From: Octopus sinensis
Lineage: Eukaryota
Length of the DNA stretch: 64,000 nucleotides
Direction of reading: 5' to 3'
Assembly (NCBI RefSeq): GCF_006345805.1
Contig: NC_043025.1
Span: 10,416,001-10,480,000 of the forward strand
This document shows positions 26,801 to 41,525 of this stretch, one piece after another. Under the pieces are notes generated by a model. The model was not told where the DNA came from and ran no database searches. It saw only the letters and a list, made by a program, of their open reading frames with translations. A program made the position numbers and the translations under genes. How positions within the stretch are numbered: position 1 is the stretch's first letter; each line of letters starts with the position of its first letter.

Positions 26801-28041
26801 AGACACGCACACAGACAAACTGCCATTTATATATAGAGAGAGATGACAGACTTCTTTCAATTTCCGTTAACTAAATCCACCCACACAGCTTTTGTCAGCC
26901 CATAGCTATAGTGGAAGACACTTGCCCCAGGTGCCAGCGATATGTTAGGATTGAACCTAGAACCATGTGAAGCAAACTTATTTCCATACTGTCACATTAA
27001 AACTAATTGCATCTTTTGGGTTTTTTTTCCTTCCTCTTTCATCCCACTCTTACTTTCCAGGATGACATCATATCAAGTTCTGAAGATGAATACTCACCAA
27101 ATATTGAGGAGCAGAGACTGGATGGCTTCCACGTGTTACCTGAAGATGCTGGGAGTGATGACGATCATGAGGGCCACTGCAACCAAATGAATTCCCCTAG
27201 GAGGGGTGAAGCAAATTACATCGACCCAAACGATGTCCCTTGCAGAGGTGAGGAGAATCCACCTCTGCACTGGACCAGCAGCCACTGCAATGATGAAGTG
27301 AGGTGTCTTGAAGACACTCCTGCTTTGACCACCACTTCTGATGATCTTGAATGTCTTCAGCCTATTAGTGTGAGTATCTTTTAAAGTTATTTAACCCCAG
27401 GTTAAATGTGGTGCTATAGAGCTCAAATCAAATGTATTCTGACCTTGTGCCTTTATATAAAGGATTATTATTATTATTATTATTGAGTGAGAGAGCAGTT
27501 CATGCCATCAAAATGACACTGGGGTAAAATATACGAAGCCCAATATACCCATCATGACTACTACTCCTCTGATAAGGGTACACCAGGCACATGCATCACA
27601 ACCATATGTGCGCGACATGGTGATCTCATATCAAGATAAACAGCACATGACCTTGCAGGTGGGGTCCAGTTAGAATTTTCTTCAGGTTGAGTAGCTCATC
27701 ATGCTCAAAAGGTCCCTGAATAAGGGTTGTTTAAGGATGTTGAAAGAACCACCCGTGTTTCCAGAGGTGAATTATTCAAACCCCAAAGAATCCCTCTCAA
27801 CACATGGCTATGATGCTCCCCCACTACTTCTGCTAGTGATCAGAGATGCACATATCGTCAGCCACTAAGGGACATGCTCAACTGGTTAAGGTCAAACAAC
27901 TGACAACCAAATCTGTGGTATTGAGCAGAATATTTGCTGTAGCCCATCTTTTATACCAAGACAAAACAATGTACATGATAACACTTCCAATCAGTTAAGA
28001 TCAGAAGCCATGAGAGCCACTGTCTGGTACTGCATCAGGGC

Positions 28042-28084
<43 letters not shown>

Positions 28085-28102
28085 TATTATTATTATTATT
28101 TA

Positions 28103-28144
<42 letters not shown>

Positions 28145-28259
28145 TATTATTATTATTATTTATTATTATTATTGTTATTTATTATTTATTATTTATTATT
28201 ATTATTTATTATTATTATTATTATTATTTATTATTATTATTATTTATTATTTATTATTA

Positions 28260-28295
<36 letters not shown>

Positions 28296-28353
28296 TATTA
28301 TTATTATTATTTATTATTATTTATTATTATTATTATTATTTATTATTATATTA

Positions 28354-28389
<36 letters not shown>

Positions 28390-28423
28390 TATTATTATTA
28401 TTATTTATTATTTATTATTATTA

Positions 28424-28462
<39 letters not shown>

Positions 28463-28579
28463 TATTATTATTATTATTTAATATTATTATTATTATTTAT
28501 TATTATTATTATTTATTATTATTATTATTATTTATTATTTATTATTATTATTATTTATTATTATTATTATTTATTATTA

Positions 28580-28612
<33 letters not shown>

Positions 28613-28639
28613 TATTATTATTTATTATTATTATTATTA

Positions 28640-28678
<39 letters not shown>

Positions 28679-28770
28679 TATTATTATTATTATTATTATT
28701 TATTATTATTATTATTTATTATTATTTATTATTATTTATTATTATTATTATTTATTATTTATTATTATTA

Positions 28771-28821
<51 letters not shown>

Positions 28822-28829
28822 TATTATTA

Positions 28830-28868
<39 letters not shown>

Positions 28869-28892
28869 TATTATTATTATTTATTATTTATT

Positions 28893-28923
<31 letters not shown>

Positions 28924-28986
28924 TTATTTATATTATTATTATTATTATTATTATTATTTATTATTATTATTTATTTATTATTATTA

Positions 28987-29032
<46 letters not shown>

Positions 29033-32000
29033 TATTTATTATTATTATTTTTATTATTATTTTTATTTATTATTATTATTATTTATTATTATTATTATTA
29101 TTATTTATTATTTATTATTATTTATTATTATTATTATTATTATTAAGTCAATGAGCTGCCAGAAGCCAGAATTGATAGCACACTGGATGAAACTTTTTAC
29201 CGCATTTCATTTATCTTTACATTGTGAGTTCAAATTCTGTCGAAGCTGACTTTTCCTTTCATCCTTTCGGGGTCAATAAGTTAAGCTCTGGAGTCAGTGC
29301 AATCCACAGGTGCCCTTCCTCCAAAATTGCTGGCCTTGTGTCCATAGTAGAAAATATTATTATAATTGTTACTACTACTACTACTGGTGCTGTAACTGTT
29401 TCTATTTCCTTTGTTTCAGGTAAACTACTCTAATCTTGATGACGAGCGACCAATCACATCAGAAATTGGGCGTGAGTATAGTTAACAGCATGGTCACTTT
29501 GAACATACACATACATGCATTCATTGCATGCTAAATACATGGATGGATATAATATACTAGCACCGGGTCATAGTGCTAGTGCATGCATATACAGCTGCGT
29601 GCATGTGCTCATACACACGAGTACTGTCCAAATCTCCGACCAATCACATACAGCTAGCTGGCATTCAATTGGCGTATCAAGTTTCAGGCATTTTGATTGG
29701 GTTTTGGATAGAAAATTCACAAAAAAAGTCACTTCTATTGATTTTTTAATGGCTTTGCAGGGTGACTGGGGAAATGTAAAGATGTGCACGACCACCCTTG
29801 GACGGTTTTGAATGACCATAGAAAGTGCGAGCCCTCTAACTGAAAAATTGCGGATCTGTATAAAGGACACAGACATTTTGCCGTTTATATATAGAGAGAT
29901 AATTTCTTGGTTAGTTACACAACTATCTCCCCCATACTTAGTGGTATGTGGTCCTTCTTTGCTTTCTGAGTTCAAATTCTGTCAGCATCAACTTTGCTTT
30001 TCATCCTTTGAGCACTGGGGTTGATTTAATCAACTTTTACCCACTTCCCCAAATTTGCTGGCATAGAAGCGACGGTGGTGGTGATGCAGTTTAGCGCTCC
30101 GTTAATATTCTTTGATGCGGAAAGCAGTTTATTAAAAACCGAAATTTCCTCAATTCCAGGTGTAAAGACATTTCAGCAATTACTCGAAGAAGAATTACAG
30201 AAAGAGGTACGTGGAATTTTTTTTTATTCTTTGCAATTGGGTGCTTCTTGTGGTGGCAACTAAAAAAAATCATCATCGTCATCATTATTGAGTGAGAGAG
30301 CAGCACAAACCATCAAATTGACACTAGGGTACAAATATACCAAGCTCAGTATACCCATCATGACTATCCCTCTATCAAGAGTACATCAGGCACATGTACA
30401 ACAGCTATATATGTGCAGCTGGTGATCTCATATCAAGATAAACAGCGCATGACATTATTATTATTATTATTGAGTGAGAGAGCAGCGCATGTCATCAAAT
30501 TGATACCGGGGTACAAATATACGAAGCCCAGTATACCCATCATGACTACCCATCTGATAAGAGTACACTAGGCACATGCATCACAACCATATGTGCGCGA
30601 TATGGTGATCTCATAACAAGATAAACAGCGCATGATAATGATGCCGTACCAGGCAGTGGCTCTCGTGGCTTCTCATCTTAACTGATTTGAAGTGTTATCA
30701 TGTACATTGTTTTGTCTTGGTATAAAAGATGGTCTACAGCAAATATTCTGCTCAATACCACAGATTTGCTTGTCAGTTGTTTGACCGTAACCAGTTGAGC
30801 ATGTCCCTTAGTGGCTGACGATATGTGCATCTCTGATCACGAGCAGAAGTAGTGGGGGAGCATCATAGCCATGTATTGAGAGGGATTCTTTGGGGTTTGA
30901 ATAATTCACCTCTGGAAACATGGGTGGTTCTTTCAACATCCTTAAACAACCCTTATTCAGGGACCTTTTGAGCAGGATGGGCTACTCAACCTGAAGAAAA
31001 TTCTAACTGGGCCCCACCTGCAAGGTCATGTGCTGTTTATCTTGATATGAAATCATCATGTCGCGCACATATGGTTGTGATGCATGTGCCTGGTGTACCC
31101 TTATCAGACGGGTAGTCATGATGGGTATACTGGGCTTCGTATATTTTACCCCAGTGTCACTTTGATGGCATGCACTGCTCTCTCACTCAATAATAATAAT
31201 AATAATCCTTTCTACTAAAGGCACAAGGCCTGAAGTTTTGGCGGAGGAAACTAGTCAATTACATCGACCCCAGTGTTACACTGGTACTTAATTTATTGAC
31301 CCTGAAAAGATGAAGGTCGCCCGGTGTGCTAATGTTTCTGCCAGCTCAGCTCATATATTTCTGCGATAAGTTATTTTAGATAACCACAACCAAATATTTA
31401 TTTGTGTACTACCATTTTACATCAGATGTGTATACCTACATCATAACAATAATAATAATAATAATTAAAGGAATAATAATGTTAATAAATAACATCATCT
31501 GATTGTGTCTCTTTATAGAAGCCCTCCCCTTCATCTCTCCCAGGCAACCCAAAAAGGAATTTCCTGCGACGTGGGGAAGGCATCGCACGGTTCAATCCAC
31601 CGCCCAACGAGAAATCCATTCAGAGACATGCACAGAGAAAAAACAATCGATCCAAGTCCAGTTCTGCTCCACACCGCACTTTGCCGTTGATGCTGAAAGA
31701 TCAAAATGTTCCTAAAAGACCTGCCTCTCAGCCAGTCTTGTCTCGAAACAAATCAAAGGTAAACATTTTTTACTTCAAAATCAAATCAAATTCGATGACT
31801 GGCGTCCGTGCTAGTGGGGTGCAAAGAGCACCATACGAGCGTGATCATTGACAGAGCGGCTAACCGGCTTCCATGCCGGTGGCACGTAAAAGGGCACCAT
31901 TCGAGCATGATTGTTTCCAGCGTCGCCTTACTGGCTCTTGTGCCCATGCTAGTAGGGTGCCAAGAGCACCATCCGAGCGTGATCGTTGCCAGAGCAGGCA

Positions 32001-32463
32001 ACTGGCTTCCGTACCAGTGGCACGTAAAAGGGCACCATTTGAGCGTGATCGTTACCAGCGGCGCCTTACTGTCACTTGTACCCGTGCTTGTAGGGTGCCA
32101 AGAGCACCATCCGAGCGTGATCGTTGCCAGAGCAGCCAACTGGCTTCTGTACCAGTGGCACGTAAAAGGGCACCATTTGAGCGTGATCGTTACCAAAGTT
32201 GCCTTACTAGCACCTGTGCCAGTGGTATGTGTAAAAGGATTCGAGCGAGGTCGTTGTCAGTACCGCCTGACTGGCCCCCGTACCGGTGGCACATTAATAG
32301 CACCCACTACACTCTCACAGTGGTTGGCGTTAAGAAGGACATCCAGCTGTAGAAACTCTGCCAAATCAAGATTGGAGCCTGGTGCAACCATCTGGTTCGC
32401 CAGCCCTCAGTCAAAATCGTCCAACCCATGCTAGCATGGAAAGTGGACGTTAAACGATGATGT

Positions 32464-32549
<86 letters not shown>

Positions 32550-32711
32550 GTAAATGTAAAAAATACAAACTGTGACAAGAACGTAAAACATTTAGGAGAC
32601 GATACTAAAAACACGGACAGGACATTCGAAGCCTTCAATCTTCAGTCAAGAACCGGATCATCCTCGCAATTTCGGCTAATTAATCTTGAGATTGCTCCGA
32701 TCTGGCCAGCC

Positions 32712-32748
<37 letters not shown>

Positions 32749-35700
32749 CTGACCTACATTGTTACTGCTCTCTAGTAAAACTAAACCATGAAACAAAACA
32801 AACATTTTTTAAAGTATTTTAATTATCTATTAATTTAGGTTTATGGAAAATTAATGTTTGTTTATTTGTTTATGAATTTTTTTCAATTTTTTCCAGGAAA
32901 CAAAAATCGAGTTTGGGAAAAATCAGTGTAAGCCTCCGATATGTCCACCACCTACTAACCGTTGCCGATCGAAATCTGCAGCAGCCAAACCCATGTCGTC
33001 ATCTTCCTCACAATCTCCGTCGTTACCATCATCACAGAAACCACAGACGACTACAGTAAGGATGCTGGCAACGACCCCTTTAACACCCTCCTCTCATTGC
33101 TCAGTCGGTTCTTCACAGAAGCCACTGACAATTACAAGATCGGCAGCCGCAATGTCTGGGCCCCTTTCTCATTTATTGAGGACCCCAGCAATGACTGCAC
33201 CCTCTAGCATAACTGAAGGGGGCAACGGAAATGGCACTGGTGACATAAACGAGTTGGTAGACATCCAGTCATTGGTAACCACAGGTGCAGGCATTCCTGC
33301 AAACCCTAAGGATGTCGAGAAGATCTTGAGGGCAATTTACGAAGGTCAACCACTGCCAGGGGACTCTGAGCAAAAGGAGGAGGAGGAGACTGCGGGCAAC
33401 GGTTCAGCCTTACTGAATGAAAGCATAACTAACAGTGTCGAAGTAAGTTTATTGAGAGAAGGGTCCTGGAAGCTTGGTGCCCACATCTCAGCTTTCCAAC
33501 AATACAATGTTTTCTCTTGCTTTATGCACACGAGCAAACATACACACACACGCACGCACAGATACACACGCATTCAATCATACATACATACACACACACG
33601 CACGCAAAGATACACACGCATTCACTCATACATACATACACACACACGCACGCACAGATACACACGCATTCACTCATACATACATACACACACACGCACG
33701 CACAGATACACACGCATTCACTCATACATACATACACACACACGCACGCACAGATACACACACATTCACTCATACATACATACACACACACGCACGCACA
33801 GATACACACGCATTCACTCATACATACATACACACACACGCACGACAGATACACACGCATTCACTCATACATACATACACACACACGCACGCACAGATAC
33901 ACACGCATTCACTCATACATACATACACACACACGCACGCACAGATACACACGCATTCACTCATACATACATACACACACACGCACGCACAGATACACAC
34001 GCATTCACTCATACATACATACACACACACGCACGCACAGATACACACGCATTCACTCATACATACATACACACACACGCACGCACAGATACACACGCAT
34101 TCACTCATACATACATACACACACACGCACGCACAGATACACACGCATTCACTCATACATACATACACACACACGCACGCACAGATACACACGCATTCAC
34201 TCATACATACATACACACACACGCACGCACAGATACACACGCATTCACTCATACATACATACACACACACGCACGCACAGATACACACGCATTCACTCAT
34301 ACATACATACAGAAACTCGCACGCACAGATACACACGCATTCACTCATACATACATACACACACACGCACGCACAGATACACACGCATTCACTCATACAT
34401 ACATACACACACACGCACGCACAGATACACACGCATTCACTCATACATACATACACACACACGCACGCACAGATACACACGCATTCACTCATACATACAT
34501 ACACACACACGCACGCACAGATACACACGCATTCACTCATACATACATACACAAACACGCACGCACAGATACACACGCATTCACTCATACATACATACAC
34601 ACACACGCACGCACAGATACACACGCATTCACTCATACATACATACACACACACGCACGCACAGATACACACGCATTCACTCATACATACATACACACAC
34701 ACGCACGCACAGATACACACGCATTCACTCATACATACATACACACACACGCACGCACAGATACACACGCATTCACTCATACATACATACACACACACGC
34801 ACGCACAGATACACACGCATTCACTCATACATACATACACACACACGCACGCACAGATACACACGCATTCACTCATACATACATACACACACACGCACGC
34901 ACAGATACACACGCATTCACTCATACATACACACACACACACGCACGCACAGATACACACGCATTCACTCATACATACATACACACACACGCACGCACAG
35001 ATACACACGCATTCACTCATACATACATACACACACACGCACGCACAGATACACACGCATTCACTCATACATACATACACACACACGCACGCACAGATAC
35101 ACACGCATTCACTCATACATACATACACACACACGCACGCACAGATACACACGCATTCACTCATACATACATACACACACACGCACGCACAGATACACAC
35201 GCATTCACTCATACATACATACACACACACGCACGCACAGATACACACGCATTCACTCATACATACATACACACACACGCACGCACAGATACACACGCAT
35301 TCACTCATACATACATACACACACACGCACGCACAGATACACACGCATTCACTCATACATACATACACACACACGCACGCACAGATACACACGCATTCAC
35401 TCATACATACATACACACACACGCACGCACAGATACACACGCATTCACTCATACATACATACATACACAAACATGCACACATATATACACACACGCATTC
35501 ACTCATACACATACACATTCACACATACTTACACACACACACACAGATACACACACACACATACATACACACACATGCATGCACAGATACACACACGCAT
35601 TCACTCATACACATACACACACATTCACACATACATACACACACACGCATACATACACACACATGCACACACAGATACACACACACATTCACTCATACAC

Positions 35701-37438
35701 ATACACACACATTCACACATATATACACACACACGCATACATACACACACATGCACACACAGATACACACACACATTCACTCATACACATACACACACAT
35801 TCACACATATATACACACGCACGCATACATACACACACATGCACACAGATACACACACGCATTCACTCATACACATACACACACATTCACACATATATAC
35901 ACACACACACACGCATATATCACAGATCAAAGATGTTCCAGCTGTGACTATCCTGTCTTATTTAGACATAGTGTATCTAAGACTATGTTATCTAATGTGT
36001 AATGTACATATTTAATCTACGACAACAACAGAACGGACACATTAGGTAATGTACTCCTAGATACACTATGTTAAGAAACAACATGATCATGACTTGAATA
36101 CCTTTAACCATAGGTCAGCTGGATCAGGACTGACCTGTGGCTGAACAAGAACAAGAAAGGACACGTTAGCTAATGTACTCCTAGATACACAATGTCTTCA
36201 GAAAAGAATGGATGGTCATGGTTAGACTCTATTGTATTTTATGCTAATTATATCTCATTTGTCTTTGTTAGGTCGAAACCAAAGATTTAGCAGAGTTTGA
36301 ATTTATGGAACAATTAGCCGATGACATGTCTTTCTGCAGCGATTCTTCCGTTGTGGTCAAGTTCATGCACAAACGTCTTCCATACAATGTAAGTGATTGT
36401 TATTATTGTTATATACATATATATACGACGGGCTTCTTTCAGTTTCCGTCTACCAAATCCACTCACAAGGCTCTGGTTGGCCCGAGGCTATAGTAGAAGA
36501 CACTTACCCAAGGTTCCACGCAGTGGGACTGAACCCGGAACCATGTGGTTGATAAACAAGCTACTTACCACACAGCCACTCCTGTGCCTATGTATATATA
36601 CTCCTACTCCTTTGCATATATATATATATATACGATGGGCTTCTTTCAGTTTCTGTCTACCAAATCCACTCACAAGGCTTTGGTCGGCCTGGGGCTATAG
36701 CAGAAGACACTTGCCCAAGGTGCCATGCAGTGGGACTGAACCCGGAACCATGTGGTTGGTAAGCAAGCTACTTACCACACAGCCACTCCTGCGCCTATAT
36801 ATATACTCCTACTCCTATGCGTATATATATATATATACGATGGGCTTCTTTCAGTTTCCGTCTACCAAATCCACTCACAAGGCATTGGTCGGCCCGAGGC
36901 TATAGTAGAAAACACTTGCCCAAGGTGCCACGCAGTGGGACTGAACCCGGAACCATGTGGTTTGTAAGCAAGCTACTTACCACATGGCCTTGTACCTAGA
37001 GTAGAAAGTATTATTATTATTGTTGTTGATGTTGTATTGTCTTTTTATCTTTTTGTTTTTTGATATTTTATATAGGCTTCCAAGCTGACAGCCGCTCACA
37101 CAGGTCCAACGTCCCTACCTGATTCATGGAGAGAAAGGTATTGTATATATGTTGAAATAGATGCGTGCCTGCGTGTGTTGGTGTGTGCATTCTTTTGTTC
37201 TTTACAGTCGTTTGACTGCGGCCATGCTGGAGCACCACCCTAAAGGCTTTTAGTTGAAGGAACCAACTGCAGGACTTAGTCTTAGTCAGCCTGCTACTTA
37301 TTCTGTCGGTCTCTTTTTTCCAAACCGCTAAGTTACAGGAACATAAACACACCAACACATCACTTGTCAAGCAATGGTGGGGTGGGGGAGAGGGACAAAC
37401 AAAGATGCACACACATACGTATGTATATATATATATGC

Positions 37439-37494
<56 letters not shown>

Positions 37495-40400
37495 TGTTCT
37501 ACACCTTACAATCATGAAAATGAATAAAAGTATAGGCACAGGCATGGCTGTGTGGTAAGAAGCTTGCTTCCCAATTACATGGTTCCGGGTTCAGTCCCAC
37601 TGCATGGCACCTTGGGCAGGTGTCTTCTACTATAGCCTTGGGCTGACCAAAGCTTTGTGAGTGGATTTGGTAGACAGAAACTGAAAGAAGACCATCATAC
37701 ATATGTGTGTGTGTGTGTGTGTGTTCCCTCTACCACCACTTGACAACCAATGTTGGTATGTTTATGTTCCTGTAACTTAGCAGTTCGGCAAAAGAGATCA
37801 ATAGAGTAAGTGCCAGGTTTAAAGGAAAGAAAAAAAGTACTGGTGTCAATACATTCGACTATAAATTCTTCAAGGTGATGCCCCAGCATGGCCGCAGTCT
37901 AATGCCTGAAACAAGTACAAGCTAAAAGACATATATATTTATATATGTGTGTGTTGTGTATATTTTAATGTAGTATACCAGCTTGGAACATGTATTAAAT
38001 GATGGTGATGACGTGCACCCAAATACTCACACGCACATTTTGTTTGTTCCTTCTCGAGCTATGCCTGACTCATAAGGGCCGGTTACCCGGTTTCTTTGAC
38101 GTATAGGTTCCCCACCTGGACGGGTCGCAGGTGAGCTGCAAGATGCAGGAGGAGAGAGTGAGAAAAAGTTATGGCAAAAGAGTCAGCAGAAGTTCGCCAT
38201 TACCTTCTGCTGGAGCCACGTGGAGCTTAGGTGTTTTGCTCAAAAACACACACATCGCCCGGTCTGAGATTTGAACCCGCGATCCCTCGACCGCGAGTCC
38301 GCTGCTCTAACCACTAGGCCATGTGCCTCCACAATGTTCCTTCTTGAGCCATGCCTGGCTCATGAAAGCCAGTTTTCTTGGCGTAGAGGTTCCCCACCTG
38401 GACGGGAGGCCGGTCCGTCGCAGGTAAGCTGCAAGATGCAGGAGGAAAGAATGAGAGAAAGTTGTGGCGAAAGAGTCAGCAGAAGTTTTGCCATTACCTT
38501 CTGCCGGAGCCGCGTGGAGATTAGGTGTTTTCGCTCATATTGTCCGGTCTGAGATTCGAACCCGTGATCCTTCGACCGCGAGTCTACTGCTCTAACCACT
38601 AGACCATGTACTTCCACACTTGCACATGTGCAACATATACACCACATGCACACACATACAGCACATACACATGCAACGCACATTCAGATATGCACATATA
38701 CAACACAGCACACTCACATGTGACATTCATACCACACACACATGTAGAGCATTTGCACACACACGCAGGCGGCGAGTTGGCAGAAACGTTAGCACGCCGG
38801 GCGAAATGCGTAGCCGTATTTTATCTGCCGTTACGTTTGCCTTTCATCCTTTTGGGGTCGATAAATTAAGTACCAGTTACGCACTGGAGTCGATATAATC
38901 GACTTAATCCGTGTGTCTGTCCTTGTTTGTTCCCTCTGTGTTTAGCCCCTTGTGGGTAGTAAAGAAATAGGTATTTCGTCTGCCATTACGTTCTGAGTTC
39001 AAATTCCGCCGAGGTCGACTTTGCCTTTCATCCTTTTGGGGTCGATAAATTAAGTACCAGTTACGCACTGGGGTCGATATAATTGACTTTGTCTGTCCTT
39101 GTTTGTTCTCTCTGTGTGTAGCCCCTTGTGGGTAATAAAGAAATAGGTATTTCGTCTGCCATTACGTTCTGAGTTCAAATTCCGCCGAGGTCGACTTTGC
39201 CTTTCATCCTTTTGGGGTTGATAAATTAGGTACCAGTTACGCACTGGGGTCGATATAATCGACTTAATCCGTGTGTCTGTCCGTGTTTGTCCCCTCTATG
39301 TTTAGCCCCTTGTGGGTAGTAAAGAAATAGGTATTTCGTCTGCTGCTACGTTCTGAGTTCAAATTCCGCCAAGGTCGACTTTGCCTTTCATCCTTTTGGG
39401 GTTGATAAATTAAGTATCATTTACGCACTGGGGTCGATATAATCGACTTAATCCGTGTGTCTGTCCTTGTTTCTCCTCTCTGTTTTTAGCCCCTTGTGGG
39501 TAGTAAAGAAATAGGTATTTCGTCTGCCATTACGTTCTGAGTTCAAATTCCACCGAGGTCGACTTTGCCTTTCATCCTTTTGTGGTCGATAAATTAAGTA
39601 CCAGTTACGCACTGGGGTCGATATAATCGACTTAATCCGTTTGTCTGTCCTTGTTTCTCCCCTCTATGTTTAGCTCCTTGTGGGTAAAAAAGAAACACAC
39701 ACACACACATATTTAGTTGCTTTTACGAACACCCAATACTTTATTTAATCCTTCCTTCCTTCCTTCTTTCCTTCCTTCATTCATTATGTCTTTTCATCTT
39801 CCATTCTGCAGGAATTCAGCACCAAGTCACCGACCATCCGTCCATTCTGTCAATTCCGTCATCTCCGCAGGCAGAGAAGACACTGAGGTGAACGGCATCA
39901 CAGATTCTGGCTCAGACACAGAGGAGACTTTGTTCAGTTCATCAGAGCACTGCAGCGATGGGGACCTGGCCTACACTGGTGCCGACAGTGGGGAAGACGG
40001 TGGGTGTGACGGCAAAATATTTTGGACAGGGGAGGAAGTTACAAATGACGGGTATGTCAGTAAAAAAGACTATAACAGCCGTGACGGTGATACTCAAATG
40101 AACGGTGTTGTAGAGTATCAAGAATCTGACAGTGAAGAAAGAGGTGTCAGTTTGGGTCGGCCAGTTGATGCCACGACAACAGGATTTGGGTCCACATTCA
40201 GGACTGGGACCATCCAGAATAAAATTGACACCTTGTTCCTGGACTCTTCGCCAAAAAGTCAAAGGGATCGGGAACGAGGGCAAAGGTCAACACAGCAAGT
40301 AGAGGTAATTAGAGCAGTTGGTGGGATGGGATTGGGGGTGTCATCAGTGACAGCGACGGCTGCGTCAGAAACGGGTGTCACTTGCAGACAGCGTCAGCAT

Positions 40401-41494
40401 CGGACTCAAGCCAGCGGCAAGGATTCTGGCAGCCACACTATGGGTCATTCTGAAGTCAAGGTTGCAGTCATCCCATTGACGGCGAGAGGAGTCACACGGA
40501 AAATTGCCGTGAAAGACGGTGGCAGCCATCGGTCAGTTAGGGGTGGATACATGGAGAAAAGGGTAGGTACTGAGGAGGTGCATGAGTATTCGGTTGGGAC
40601 CGACACTACCAGAAGCATGACGTGTGGTGGCAGTGGGGAGAGTTTGGGTGGCAGCAGGGGTGGTGGGGGTGGCGTGAAGGGGAAGGGGAAAGATGAAGAG
40701 TCAGGGTCAGCTAGGTCTTCGGATTTCTGTTCGTCAGACGAATGCATGACTGATGAGGATGGCACCGTGGTGGTGGTGAGAGAAGCAAGGAGTACCAACA
40801 ACAGCAACGGCAGGAACTCGGCGGAGCGCTGCAACGACGTCCGCGACAGCTTTGCCGCCGCCGGCGTCCGGGGTAGAGTCACCGGTGCGAGCAACGATTC
40901 GCCGTCCCCTTCGGACGAGTCTGACCGCTGCCACACCGACGAGGATAGTGGCAGCGAAAACAACGACAACAGCTATAAAAGAAATGATGACGGTGATAGT
41001 GATGACGACGACGATGAGGATGATGATGAGGATGATGAGGATGGTGATGAAGACAGTAAGAGCAGCAATGATGATGCAGATACTTGGAATGACACATGCG
41101 ATTCCGTGAAGAAGATTGAAGAATCATTGTTCCAGAAAAGTCTCAGTAACAAACAAGATCCAGCTAACGGTGAGCGTTCGTTGTTGTTCTTGTTGTTGTC
41201 ATTGTTGTCTCGTCTTTTTTTTTACTTTTTTTTATCCCTTGCTTTTCTTATATTTACTCTTTTTACTCTTTACTCTTTTTACTTGTTTCAGTCATTTGAC
41301 TGCGGCCATGCTGGAGCACCGCCTTTTTTTTAGTCGAGCAAATCGAACCCCGGGACTTATTCTTTTTTGTAAGCCCAGTACTTATTCTATCGGTCTCTTT
41401 TTGCCGAACTGCTAAGTGACGGGGACATAAACACACCAGCATCGGTTGTCAAGCAATGCTAGGGGAACAAACACAGACACACAAACATATACAC

Positions 41495-41525
<31 letters not shown>

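Noticed and set aside
28010-29146. 378-aa I/Y/L ORF
   Set aside because: Translation of an (ATT)n microsatellite.
32560-32710. Second hammerhead-like motif (minus strand CTGAAGA..TTCGAAT GTC)
   Set aside because: GAAT instead of GAAA, and no credible stem II or helix I; possibly a decayed Penelope-like end, but unsupported.
32993-36015. 984-, 842- and 832-aa His/Thr-rich ORFs
   Set aside because: The CA-rich 48-bp array simply lacks stop codons; only 32897-33442 is exon, ending at a canonical gtaagt donor.
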